This document shows, in pieces, positions 1 to 7,349 of a stretch of 15,788 bases of DNA. The stretch spans positions 1 to 15,788 of the forward strand of contig JBDQPD010000079.1 of NCBI GenBank assembly GCA_040260805.1, in the 5' to 3' direction. The position numbers and the translations under genes were made by a program. The notes below the pieces were generated by a model. The model did no database searches. It saw nothing but the letters and a program-made list of their open reading frames with translations, and was not told the DNA's origin. Source of the DNA: Myxococcota bacterium. GTDB lineage: Bacteria; Myxococcota; UBA4151. The stretch's first letter is position 1. Each line of letters begins with the position of its first letter.

Positions 1-442
1 GAAAGGGGGAGCGTTTGAGGCCTCCACGCAACGCTTTAGCCAGCTTCCCATCGGGTTTGTTGCGTGGACCTTTGGCTTCGATAGCGACCTTGGGTGCGCC
101 GCTATCCTTAGCCTTCAGAATAGCGCCAAAACCGGACGATGCCCCCTCAAACAAGAGGTCACCGTACCAGCTAAAGAGCATCGCCTTATCGTTCGCTAAG
201 GGCGACCCAGGGCAGTGAACAACGCGCCCTTTAGCCTGGCATGTCGCCAGCTTTGAACAGCCGGCTAAGATCAAGCCTGTGCGGCTCGGCTCGAGTGACG
301 CGCTAAGGGTTTGCGTCAGGTCGTCACAGGATTGGCTCTTTGAGCGCACGATGACTGCGATTTGCGCCATGTTCGGGTGGCGGTCGAGCAGTTGGTCCGC
401 TTCGTTTTGTAGGCTGGTGAGTGCGGCGAGTACGATCAACAT
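1..442 (-). CDS. Hypothetical protein, 3'-truncated by the window edge (at least 147 aa)
   Basis: Absent from the ORF track; translated by hand. ATG at 442 (in-frame TAG upstream at 463-461), open to position 2: MLIVLAALTSLQNEADQLLDRHPNMAQIAVIVRSKSQSCDDL...GGLKRSPF. Short hydrophobic N-terminus, same strand as upstream genes, no recognised family. Confidence 0.6.
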   Translation of the reverse strand, partial: MLIVLAALTSLQNEADQLLDRHPNMAQIAVIVRSKSQSCDDLTQTLSASLEPSRTGLILAGCSKLATCQAKGRVVHCPGSPLANDKAMLFSWYGDLLFEGASSGFGAILKAKDSGAPKVAIEAKGPRNKPDGKLAKALRGGLKRSPF

Positions 443-507
443 GAACAGCCCATGGCGGGGCTAAGGCACCTGGTCAAGAGCCTAGCCATTGATCTTTTCT
501 TCAGCAT

Positions 508-2214
508 TTAGCGCTCGCAAAAGTATCGGTTACCTTCGTCACATCGGACATCGTTCCAGCGACCGCCAAAGCCTCTGTAGAGTTCACCGCAGTCCTCTCG
601 GTTTTGCCAGTCGTCAGGTTGACCGTTTTGCCAGTATCTAAAGTTCGTATCTCGCCCTCGCCAAACCCAATCATTGTCCTGGTTTTTGTACAATCCAATC
701 CAGAAGTCTTGGTTGCGTGCGGCGCTCCAGATCAGCCGATGATCTGCCTCGCTGACGATGGTGATGAGGTTACCGCCCCAGTCTTCGCAGGCGTCTTGCG
801 CTTGCGACCAGTTTCGAGAGCGATCGCATCGGATGGTCAGCGGGGTTCGGTTGGCGACAAATTCACAACGGTTGGGCGCTTCGCCGAGCTCGCAAGCGTT
901 TGAGCATTCATCGTCATTGTTTTGGTTTCCGTCATCGCATTGCTCTTGGCCGGTATGAAGAACCCCATCGCCGCAGCGAGCCACAGCGCAGTCGTTGGTG
1001 CAGGCGTCGTTCGTGTTGTCATTACCGTCGTCACAAGCCTCACCCGGTTGAACAAATCCGTCCCGGCAAGCGGGTGGAGCGCAGACGGTCGTGCAGTCAT
1101 CGGTGTTGTCGTCGTTGCCATCATCGCAGGCTTCAACGCCCTGCTGAATCACGCCATCCCCGCAGCGTGCCATTTGGCAGGTGTTTAGGCACGCATCGGT
1201 CGAATCCTCGTTGCCGTCATCGCAGCCTTCGGCGTTGGGGTCTTCAGCGTCTAAATCGGTGCGGGTGATCCCGTCACCGCAGCGCGCTGTTTGACAGATG
1301 TCCGTGCACGCATCGGCGGGGTTGTCGTTGTTGTCGTCACAGGCTTCATGCCCCTCGACGCCCGCTTCGAGGTCGGCTCGGACCACTCCGTCGCCGCATT
1401 GCGCAGGCTGGCACGCGTTGGTGCAGGTGTCTTCAGCGATCGCGTTGCCATCATCGCAGCCTTCATCTCCGGTGATGATCCCATCACCGCAGCTCGGCGG
1501 CGCGCACAAGCTCGTGCAGCCGTCATTGTCTTCGAGGTTTCCGTCGTCGCAGGTTTCGCCCTCTTGAATGATCCCATCACCGCAGATTCCCGGCCGACAT
1601 AAGCTGCTGCAGCCGTCGTCCTCATCGTCGTTTCCATCATCACAGATCTCGGCGTTTGAGACGATGCCGTCACCGCAAACCGGCGGGCCACAAGCGGTCG
1701 TGCACAGGTCGTCTTCGTCGCGGTTGCCATCGTCACATTCTTCGTCGCCCGAAACGACGCCGTCGCCACATTGAGGGGGCGCACAAAGCGTCGTGCAGTC
1801 GTCGTCTTCGTCGTAGTCCCCGTCGTCGCATTCTTCGCCTGTTGAGACCAAACCATCGCCGCAGCGCGGCGCGTTGCAGTCGGTAGTGCACTGGTCATCG
1901 TTGGCGGTGTTTCCATCGTCGCAGAATTCGCCCTCGGCGAGCAGACCATCACCGCAGACTGGCTCGGTGCATTGGGAGGTGCACCCGTCACCATCGACGA
2001 CGTTGCCGTCGTCACACCCTTCACCCGGCTGCACGATCGAGTCGCCACATTTCATCGCAACGCACAGGCCCTCTCGGCATGAATAACCGTCGGGACAGTT
2101 GGCATCGGCTTCGCAACGCGTCACGTCGAAGTATTCAGCTGCGGGTAAGCAGCCAAAGCTGAGCCCTAGAGCCAGCACAATAAGACTGCGTTGAACGATG
2201 GGTTTCATAGCCAC
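508..2214 (-). CDS. Predicted lipoprotein with 12 Myxococcus-type cysteine-rich repeats (DUF4215/myxo_disulf_rpt-like) and a C-terminal C-type lectin domain
   Basis: Signal peptide with lipobox-like LSFGC; small CxxDxxCxxGxxCxxGxC module; 12 CGDG..ExCDDGN..DxCxxxC repeats; C-terminal 119 aa with W..A...C..WGGNL, WIGL, QPD, EDC, WND and FCE motifs typical of C-type lectins. Start is GTG 2214 or ATG 2208. Confidence 0.9.
   Translation of the reverse strand: MAMKPIVQRSLIVLALGLSFGCLPAAEYFDVTRCEADANCPDGYSCREGLCVAMKCGDSIVQPGEGCDDGNVVDGDGCTSQCTEPVCGDGLLAEGEFCDDGNTANDDQCTTDCNAPRCGDGLVSTGEECDDGDYDEDDDCTTLCAPPQCGDGVVSGDEECDDGNRDEDDLCTTACGPPVCGDGIVSNAEICDDGNDDEDDGCSSLCRPGICGDGIIQEGETCDDGNLEDNDGCTSLCAPPSCGDGIITGDEGCDDGNAIAEDTCTNACQPAQCGDGVVRADLEAGVEGHEACDDNNDNPADACTDICQTARCGDGITRTDLDAEDPNAEGCDDGNEDSTDACLNTCQMARCGDGVIQQGVEACDDGNDDNTDDCTTVCAPPACRDGFVQPGEACDDGNDNTNDACTNDCAVARCGDGVLHTGQEQCDDGNQNNDDECSNACELGEAPNRCEFVANRTPLTIRCDRSRNWSQAQDACEDWGGNLITIVSEADHRLIWSAARNQDFWIGLYKNQDNDWVWRGRDTNFRYWQNGQPDDWQNREDCGELYRGFGGRWNDVRCDEGNRYFCER
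892..2049 (-). repeat. Intragenic tandem coding repeat, 12 degenerate units, mostly 93 bp (31 aa)
   Basis: Counted by hand from Cys56 to Cys441. Units 1-7 and 11 are 31 aa, units 8-9 are 39 aa, unit 10 is 32 aa, and unit 12 runs into the linker. Four Cys per unit, strongly acidic. Confidence 0.9.
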
Positions 2215-2222
2215 AATCTACC

Positions 2223-2633
2223 TTATTTTCCGTGGTTGCGCACGAAGCGCATGCGCAGCGTGAGCACCAGTTCGTCCTTTTGGTTCGTGATCGAGATCAT
2301 CAGCCAACGGCTGTCTAGCTCGGTCTGCTCGATCCGACCCACACCTAAAAGCACATCACCGGGCCAGACCATCCCTGACCAGCGTATACTGGTCTCACGG
2401 ACGGTCTCGGGGCCGAAGTATTCAGCAGCCCAGACGCTCGCTGCGCCAGCCGGGTACATGCCGATGACCAAGGGAGCATCGTAGCCAGCCGCTTGAGCGA
2501 AGCCTTGGTCGTGATGAATGGGTTGAAAGTCACCACTTGCGCCCTGATAGCGGACCACGTCGGTTCGACTGATCGGCCCGAGCTCAAACCGCTCAGCGAG
2601 CTGATCGCCCTTTTTGAGGTCCCAGACCTTCAT
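2223..2633 (-). CDS. MaoC-family (R)-specific enoyl-CoA hydratase, catalytic subunit
   Basis: YQGASGDFQPIHHDQGFAQAAGY fits the hydratase-2 motif with the D-x4-H dyad; later VWPGD motif; 136 aa hot-dog fold size. ATGA overlap with the upstream gene. Confidence 0.85.
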   Translation of the reverse strand: MKVWDLKKGDQLAERFELGPISRTDVVRYQGASGDFQPIHHDQGFAQAAGYDAPLVIGMYPAGAASVWAAEYFGPETVRETSIRWSGMVWPGDVLLGVGRIEQTELDSRWLMISITNQKDELVLTLRMRFVRNHGK

Positions 2634-3058
2634 GGCGTCTCGAGCCCAAACTCGATGGCTCGCATGGTGCTGCTGGCTCGAAGCGTGCCGCTTGAGTCGT
2701 GATAGTCCGTCACCACATCGACAAAGGTCAGGACCTTTCCGCTTCGATTGGTCTTTTCGTAGATTTTATCGACTCGGCTCTGTGCGGTGAGCGTCTCACC
2801 GACGCCAGGTGGAGGACCGTGAAACACGAAGGTTTGTTCGGCATGCACTGATCGGCTTGGATCAAACTGGACCGCCTCTTTGACATCGGCGCCCTCGACC
2901 CGAGCTTCCCAGAAGAAGGCAGCGGTCAAAAAGGTCGGCGGAATTACCGCGTGCGTCCAGGGCCTCGCGTTTAAGCTCTCGACGAACTCGAGCACTTTGC
3001 CGTGCTCAATCGGGAATTTAAAGGCGGCTCCTTGCTCGCCCTGAACCGGTTGCACCAT
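2630..3058 (-). CDS. MaoC_dehydrat_N-type hot-dog fold protein, probable partner subunit of the adjacent hydratase
   Basis: IEHGKVLEF, IPPTF and VHAEQTFVFHGP..VGETL motifs typical of HadA/MaoC N-terminal-half proteins; no D-x4-H dyad motif; coupled to the MaoC gene. Confidence 0.8.
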   Translation of the reverse strand: MVQPVQGEQGAAFKFPIEHGKVLEFVESLNARPWTHAVIPPTFLTAAFFWEARVEGADVKEAVQFDPSRSVHAEQTFVFHGPPPGVGETLTAQSRVDKIYEKTNRSGKVLTFVDVVTDYHDSSGTLRASSTMRAIEFGLETP

Positions 3059-3059
3059 C

Positions 3060-3830
3060 TTATGCCCTTTGACTGGAAACGGAGACGGTCTCTCCGGTCA
3101 TATAACTGCTCAAATCCGAGGCTAAGAAAACCATGACGTTGGCGACTTCCCAGACCTCGGCCGGGCGCCCGAAGGCTTCCTTTCTCGCGAGCTCTTCAAG
3201 GAGCTCTTCGCTGGTGACCTTGGCCAAGAAGGGATGCATCGCTAGGCTCGGCGCAACGGCGTTGATGCGCACACCAAACTCAGCGGCTTCGAGCGCAGCG
3301 CAGCGCGTGAGCGCCATGACTCCAGCTTTGGCAGCGGCGTAATGCGCTTGTTCCTTTTGGGCGCGCCAGCCGAGGACGCTTGCGTTGTTGACGATCACGC
3401 CTCGTCCTTGTCCCTTCATATGTTTCATCGCTGCGCGAACACAGCGAAAGGTCCCATCAAGGGTAACCTCCATCACCCGACGCCAGGCTTCATCGGTCAT
3501 CTCGATAATCGATGACGAGCCTCCCAAGCCTGCGTTGTTGACCCACACGTCGATCGAGCCAAACATCGCGTCACCGGCGGTGACTAAAGACTGGACCTGT
3601 TGTTCGTCCGTTACGTCACAGACCACCGAGCTGACGGAGCCGTAATCTGCGAGACGCTCCGCCGCTTTTTCGAGCCTCGCTGGGTGATGGTCCGAGATCA
3701 GCACCGAGGCACCCTCTTCAAGGCAGCGCTTGGCGGTCGCATAGCCAATACCGGTCCCCGCGGCTGCGGTGATCACCACGTTTTTGCCGTCGAGCAGCTG
3801 GTGGCCTTTCGGATAATCAGGAAGTGTCAC
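3060..3830 (-). CDS. ipdF: Short-chain dehydrogenase/reductase of steroid ring C/D (HIP) catabolism, IpdF (Rv3559c)-like
   Basis: Atypical Rossmann motif TAAAGTGIG, NNAGLGG, NNASVLGWRAQ, catalytic YAAAK and C-terminal SSYMTGETVSVSSQRA, all matching the Rv3559c family as recalled. Directly follows a fadE30-like gene, as in mycobacteria. GTG start with GTGA overlap. Confidence 0.85.
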   Translation of the reverse strand: MTLPDYPKGHQLLDGKNVVITAAAGTGIGYATAKRCLEEGASVLISDHHPARLEKAAERLADYGSVSSVVCDVTDEQQVQSLVTAGDAMFGSIDVWVNNAGLGGSSSIIEMTDEAWRRVMEVTLDGTFRCVRAAMKHMKGQGRGVIVNNASVLGWRAQKEQAHYAAAKAGVMALTRCAALEAAEFGVRINAVAPSLAMHPFLAKVTSEELLEELARKEAFGRPAEVWEVANVMVFLASDLSSYMTGETVSVSSQRA

Positions 3831-5014
3831 GATCGGTCCCTCCAGGGGTCCTTGGGTAATCCTAGGGCGCGCTCGGCAATCACGCTTCGCTGAATCTGAT
3901 TCGATCCCGCATAGATGGTGTCGGCCCTTGAGAACAAAAACAGGCGCTGAAGTGAAGACAGGTCGTACCCTTCGCCGACTAAATCGCCGGCGCTGCCTAA
4001 GACCTCCATGGCGAGCTCGCCGAGTCGTCGGTGCCAGCTCGCCCAGTAGAGTTTGAGGGTATAAGCCTCTGGGCTGAGTTGACCCTCAAGCATGCCCGAG
4101 AGCATGCGCAGGGTCGACCAACGCATGGCTAAAAGCTCCATCCGACTCTGGGTCAGTCGATGGCGAATCTGCTGGTGCTTGAGCATGCCACGCTCCCTGG
4201 CTACGGCTGCGATCTGCAGCCACTCGTTGGTAAAGTTGAGCTGCTGCGCAAGAGTGGAGGTGCCGCGCTCAAAGGCTAGGGTTGCCATGGCGACCCGCCA
4301 TCCATCACCTGGCTCGCCGACGACCCAGCGCGCGTCGGTTCGAGCGCCGTCGAAGAAGACCTCATTGAAGTCGCCCTCGCCGGTCGGCTGGACGATCGGG
4401 CGAATCTCAACTCCGGGCTGATCCAACGGAACCAAAAGGTAGCTCAAGCCTTGATGTCGAGTAGAGCCGGGTTCGGACCGTGCGAGGACAAAGCACCAGT
4501 CGGAGCGATGCGCTAGCGAGGTCCACACCTTTTGACCGGTGATCACCCACTCATCACCTTGGCGCTCGGCGCGGGTTCGTACCCCTGCCAGATCACTGCC
4601 TGCACCTGGCTCAGAGTAACCTTGGCACCAGAGCTCTTGGACCGATGAGATCTTAGGAAGAAAACGCTGCCTTTGATCCTCCGAGCCCATGGCGATCAAG
4701 GTCGGCCCGAGCAAGCCTTCGCCGATGTGACCAAGCCGTCCTGGCGCCTGCGCTCGAGCGTATTCTTCAAAGAAGATGACCTCTTGCATCAAGGATAACG
4801 CGCGACCGCCAAACTCTGGAGACCAGCTCAAACAGTTCCAGCCGCTCGCCCCTAAGAACCGTTCCCATTCTAGCCGCTCGTCAAAGAGTTCTTCTTCGTC
4901 ACCCGGACCGCCGCGGCCGCGCAGTCCAGCGAAGGGCCCGTTGAGTTGTTCTTCAAGGAAGCGACGAACCTCGAAGCGAAAGGCGTTTTCATCGGCTGAG
5001 AAATTGAGGTCCAT
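3827..5014 (-). CDS. ipdE1: Acyl-CoA dehydrogenase IpdE1 (FadE30/Rv3560c)-like, catalytic subunit
   Basis: GGPG-containing N-terminal loop, ELWCQGYSEPGAGSDLA, GQKVWTSLAH, GLSYLLVPLDQPGVEIRPI, FNEVFFD, TLAFERG (catalytic Glu position of steroid ACADs) and LFLFSRADTIY. Closely follows FadE30 as recalled. Confidence 0.88.
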   Translation of the reverse strand: MDLNFSADENAFRFEVRRFLEEQLNGPFAGLRGRGGPGDEEELFDERLEWERFLGASGWNCLSWSPEFGGRALSLMQEVIFFEEYARAQAPGRLGHIGEGLLGPTLIAMGSEDQRQRFLPKISSVQELWCQGYSEPGAGSDLAGVRTRAERQGDEWVITGQKVWTSLAHRSDWCFVLARSEPGSTRHQGLSYLLVPLDQPGVEIRPIVQPTGEGDFNEVFFDGARTDARWVVGEPGDGWRVAMATLAFERGTSTLAQQLNFTNEWLQIAAVARERGMLKHQQIRHRLTQSRMELLAMRWSTLRMLSGMLEGQLSPEAYTLKLYWASWHRRLGELAMEVLGSAGDLVGEGYDLSSLQRLFLFSRADTIYAGSNQIQRSVIAERALGLPKDPWRDRS

Positions 5015-5016
5015 AC

Positions 5017-6102
5017 TCAGCCTCCCTCGAGGCCAAGCAGATGGCTTGCGTGGTCTAAATGCTCAAGCGACGAACCGAGCAGATGTCGGTTGGCTTGGGC
5101 GCGTTTGAAGAAGAGGTGCGCAGGGTGCTCCCAGGTAAAGCCAATGCCACCATGGACTTGGATATTTTGCCCGGCGCATTCAAAGCTCGCATCGCCGGCT
5201 AGTTGGGCTGCTGAACGCGCCACAAAGGGGAGCTCGTCGGTTTGATGGTCGGCGCACCAAGCCGCATAAAGGGCGACGGATCGAGCCGCCTCTAAACGCG
5301 TAAACATGTCGGCGATGAGGTGTTTGATCGCTTGGAATTTACCGATGACTTCGCCGAACTGACGCCTTGTTTTGGCGTACTCAACGCTCGCCTCGACGCA
5401 GGCTTGCGCAATGCCCACTTGCTCATGAGCTAAGGCGACCATCGCTCGGTCCTGGGTAAAGCTGAGCAGGCGGTTTGCTGCTTCCCCGGTAGCGATGATT
5501 GAGCTCGAATCCAGCGCCAAGCCTTGGGCGCTCAACGATGCTTTTTTACGGCTCTGGTCCAGGGTGTCTTGCTGGCTGCGCTCGAACCGGTCGCAGGGCA
5601 GCAAGGCGAGCACGAGGTTTTGGTTGCGATCTTTCGCTTGAAGAATGACCCAATCTGCCTGGGCGCCGTGAGGAACATCGGACCAGGCTCCGCTGAGCGC
5701 ATCACCATCCCATATGCCCGTCCCTAAACCCGCTACCGTCGCGAGCGATTCACCCATGGTCCACAACGGCAGATGCTGAGTCTTGAGGGGCTCAGCGTCG
5801 CTTTGATTTAGAAGGTCACAAGCCAGCATGGCGTGGGCGAAGAAAGGTGAGGCTAAAAGATGCTGCCCGAACAAGGCGCAAAGGGCGCTCATCGCTTCCA
5901 TACCCATCTGGGTTCCACCGAACGACTCGTCCACCATGACGCTGCACAAGCCGAGCTCGCAGAGTTGGTTCCAGGCCTTTGGGTCATAGCCGGCGCGGTG
6001 TTGTTGAGCCGCAAGCTGTGCCTCGATGCCCCCAAGCGGCTCAAGCCAGCGAGCGGTCATTGCGCATAATTCATCGACGTCTGTGTGATGCCTGAAATCC
6101 AC
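5017..6102 (-). CDS. Acyl-CoA dehydrogenase, degenerate partner subunit (IpdE2/FadE33-like)
   Basis: Retains YAKTRRQFGEVIGKFQAIKH and HGGIGFTWEHPAHLFFKRA but lacks the (T/S)EPxxGSD motif and the C-terminal flavin-binding motif, as expected for the beta subunit of alpha2beta2 steroid ACADs. Ends 2 nt before ipdE1. GTG start in a TAGTG overlap. Confidence 0.8.
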   Translation of the reverse strand: MDFRHHTDVDELCAMTARWLEPLGGIEAQLAAQQHRAGYDPKAWNQLCELGLCSVMVDESFGGTQMGMEAMSALCALFGQHLLASPFFAHAMLACDLLNQSDAEPLKTQHLPLWTMGESLATVAGLGTGIWDGDALSGAWSDVPHGAQADWVILQAKDRNQNLVLALLPCDRFERSQQDTLDQSRKKASLSAQGLALDSSSIIATGEAANRLLSFTQDRAMVALAHEQVGIAQACVEASVEYAKTRRQFGEVIGKFQAIKHLIADMFTRLEAARSVALYAAWCADHQTDELPFVARSAAQLAGDASFECAGQNIQVHGGIGFTWEHPAHLFFKRAQANRHLLGSSLEHLDHASHLLGLEGG

Positions 6103-7346
6103 TAAGAAGCCCTTCGCCGAGGCAGCCGTGCGCAGATGGTTCTAGGAATGTTGAGCCAGATCAAGAGCTCGGGCGTGATAAAGGGTTTTCCACTGTTCAA
6201 AAAGGCGACTGACGACTCTCGAGCGGGGTCCGCCCAGACTAAGACGTTGGTAAACCCAAGGTGTCCATAAGCGCCGCTGGTGCGCGGCCCAAACAGGCTC
6301 ATCAGCGGGTGTCCGAGCATAAAACCTAGCCCATAACTGATGGGTAATTTGATGACCGAATCCAGCTGCGTAAACGCAGACTTTGAGACCGCTTGGCTCA
6401 CGGTCTCGGGTTTGAAAATTTGGTGGCCATCGAGCGAGCCGCCGCAGCGCAGCATTTCGAAATAGCGACAGACCTCGTTGGCGGTGGCGAAGACGTTCGC
6501 TGAGGGGACGACCGCATTGAGAAAGCGCTCATCGTTCGTTGATTTAACGACCTCGCTTAGGCTCATGCCCAAGCTGCGCTCGATAATTCGAGTCAGCGGA
6601 TACACCGCAGGTGGGCCGGTAAAAACGTCCGGGGCGTAGAGGGCTCGCTTCTCAGGAGAGAGGCCATAGTTCATGAACTCGAAACCGAGCGGTTCACAGA
6701 TCCATTCGCGCTGAAGATCTCGCAGGCAACGCCCGCTGACCTCACGCACAAGCTCCCACAAAATGTAACCACCCGTCAGCGCATGATAAGCAGAGTTGAC
6801 CCCGCTTTGACTTGCCATCTTGGCTTTGCCGATCATCGCTCGAATATGATCGTGGTCCTCAAGGCGATCCAGATTGATTTCGCCAGGCAAGTTCTCGAGC
6901 CCTGCTCGGTGACTCAATACATGCCGAATGGTGACGTCTCTTTTTCCGTCTTGGTTGAATTCTGGAAGGTAGCGACTGACCGGATCATCGAGTTGGAAAA
7001 ACCCGCGCTCAACCAAGCCATGAACCATCATCGCGGTGATCGGCTTGGTCGCAGAGAACAGATTAAAGGGTGTATCAGGTGTCGCCTCAACGCGGGGTTG
7101 ATCGCGCACGTCGTCAGGACCATTGCCCTGAGCGTGTCCTACGGCTCGGTCCAGAACGACTTCGCCTCGCACCCGAAGACACAAGGCCATCGCAGGCTGA
7201 AGCCCCAATCGATAATAACTCAAAACGGCGTTCCAGATCGCCTCGATGTCGTCTTGGTCTAATCCGGCGCGTGCGGCGGGAACCTCGCGAACACTGATCC
7301 TAGTTTTGGGAGGATTTTCGACCTCTTGGATCCTGCGCGAGATCAT
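6102..7346 (-). CDS. Serine hydrolase with beta-lactamase fold (family VIII esterase), mycobacterial LipE-like
   Basis: FSATK (SxxK), TIRHVLSHRAG, YHALTGG and YGHLGFTN motifs; N-terminal IW...YY..GLQPAMALCLR..GEVVLDRAVGH resembles LipE (Rv3775) as recalled. No signal peptide apparent. Confidence 0.85.
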   Translation of the reverse strand: MISRRIQEVENPPKTRISVREVPAARAGLDQDDIEAIWNAVLSYYRLGLQPAMALCLRVRGEVVLDRAVGHAQGNGPDDVRDQPRVEATPDTPFNLFSATKPITAMMVHGLVERGFFQLDDPVSRYLPEFNQDGKRDVTIRHVLSHRAGLENLPGEINLDRLEDHDHIRAMIGKAKMASQSGVNSAYHALTGGYILWELVREVSGRCLRDLQREWICEPLGFEFMNYGLSPEKRALYAPDVFTGPPAVYPLTRIIERSLGMSLSEVVKSTNDERFLNAVVPSANVFATANEVCRYFEMLRCGGSLDGHQIFKPETVSQAVSKSAFTQLDSVIKLPISYGLGFMLGHPLMSLFGPRTSGAYGHLGFTNVLVWADPARESSVAFLNSGKPFITPELLIWLNIPRTICARLPRRRAS

Positions 7347-7349
7347 CGA

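Noticed and set aside
460..486. Imperfect inverted repeat GCTAAGGC...GCCTAGC after the lectin gene as a terminator
   Set aside because: Bulged stem, 12-nt loop, and no U-tract on the coding (minus) strand.
892..2049. Roughly 93-bp periodicity as a CRISPR array or non-coding repeat
   Set aside because: Units are degenerate at the DNA level, stay in frame and are conserved as protein; there are no identical repeats with unique spacers and no cas genes.
837..2086. Alternative-frame and antisense ORFs over the repeat region, such as 1251..2048 (-)
   Set aside because: Shadows of GC-rich repetitive Cys/Asp/Gly codons; low complexity, no motifs.
3041..3054. CTGAACCGGTTGCA, a 7/8 match to the KstR motif near the MaoC-partner start
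   Set aside because: Lies inside coding sequence, misses a terminal base and has non-complementary outer arms; near-matches are expected by chance. Worth including only as an EMSA control.
3890..3913. IpdE1 C-terminal YAGSNQIQ instead of GSNEIQ as a sign of inactivation
   Set aside because: The catalytic Glu of this ACAD class is expected in the FERG motif, which is intact.
5017..6102. Degenerate ACAD as a pseudogene
   Set aside because: Full-length open frame; the motif loss matches the known partner subunit of heterotetrameric steroid ACADs.
6102..7346. Beta-lactam resistance gene
   Set aside because: The SxxK fold is shared with family VIII esterases; it has YHA rather than YxN, no KTG motif, no signal peptide, and a lipid-catabolic context.
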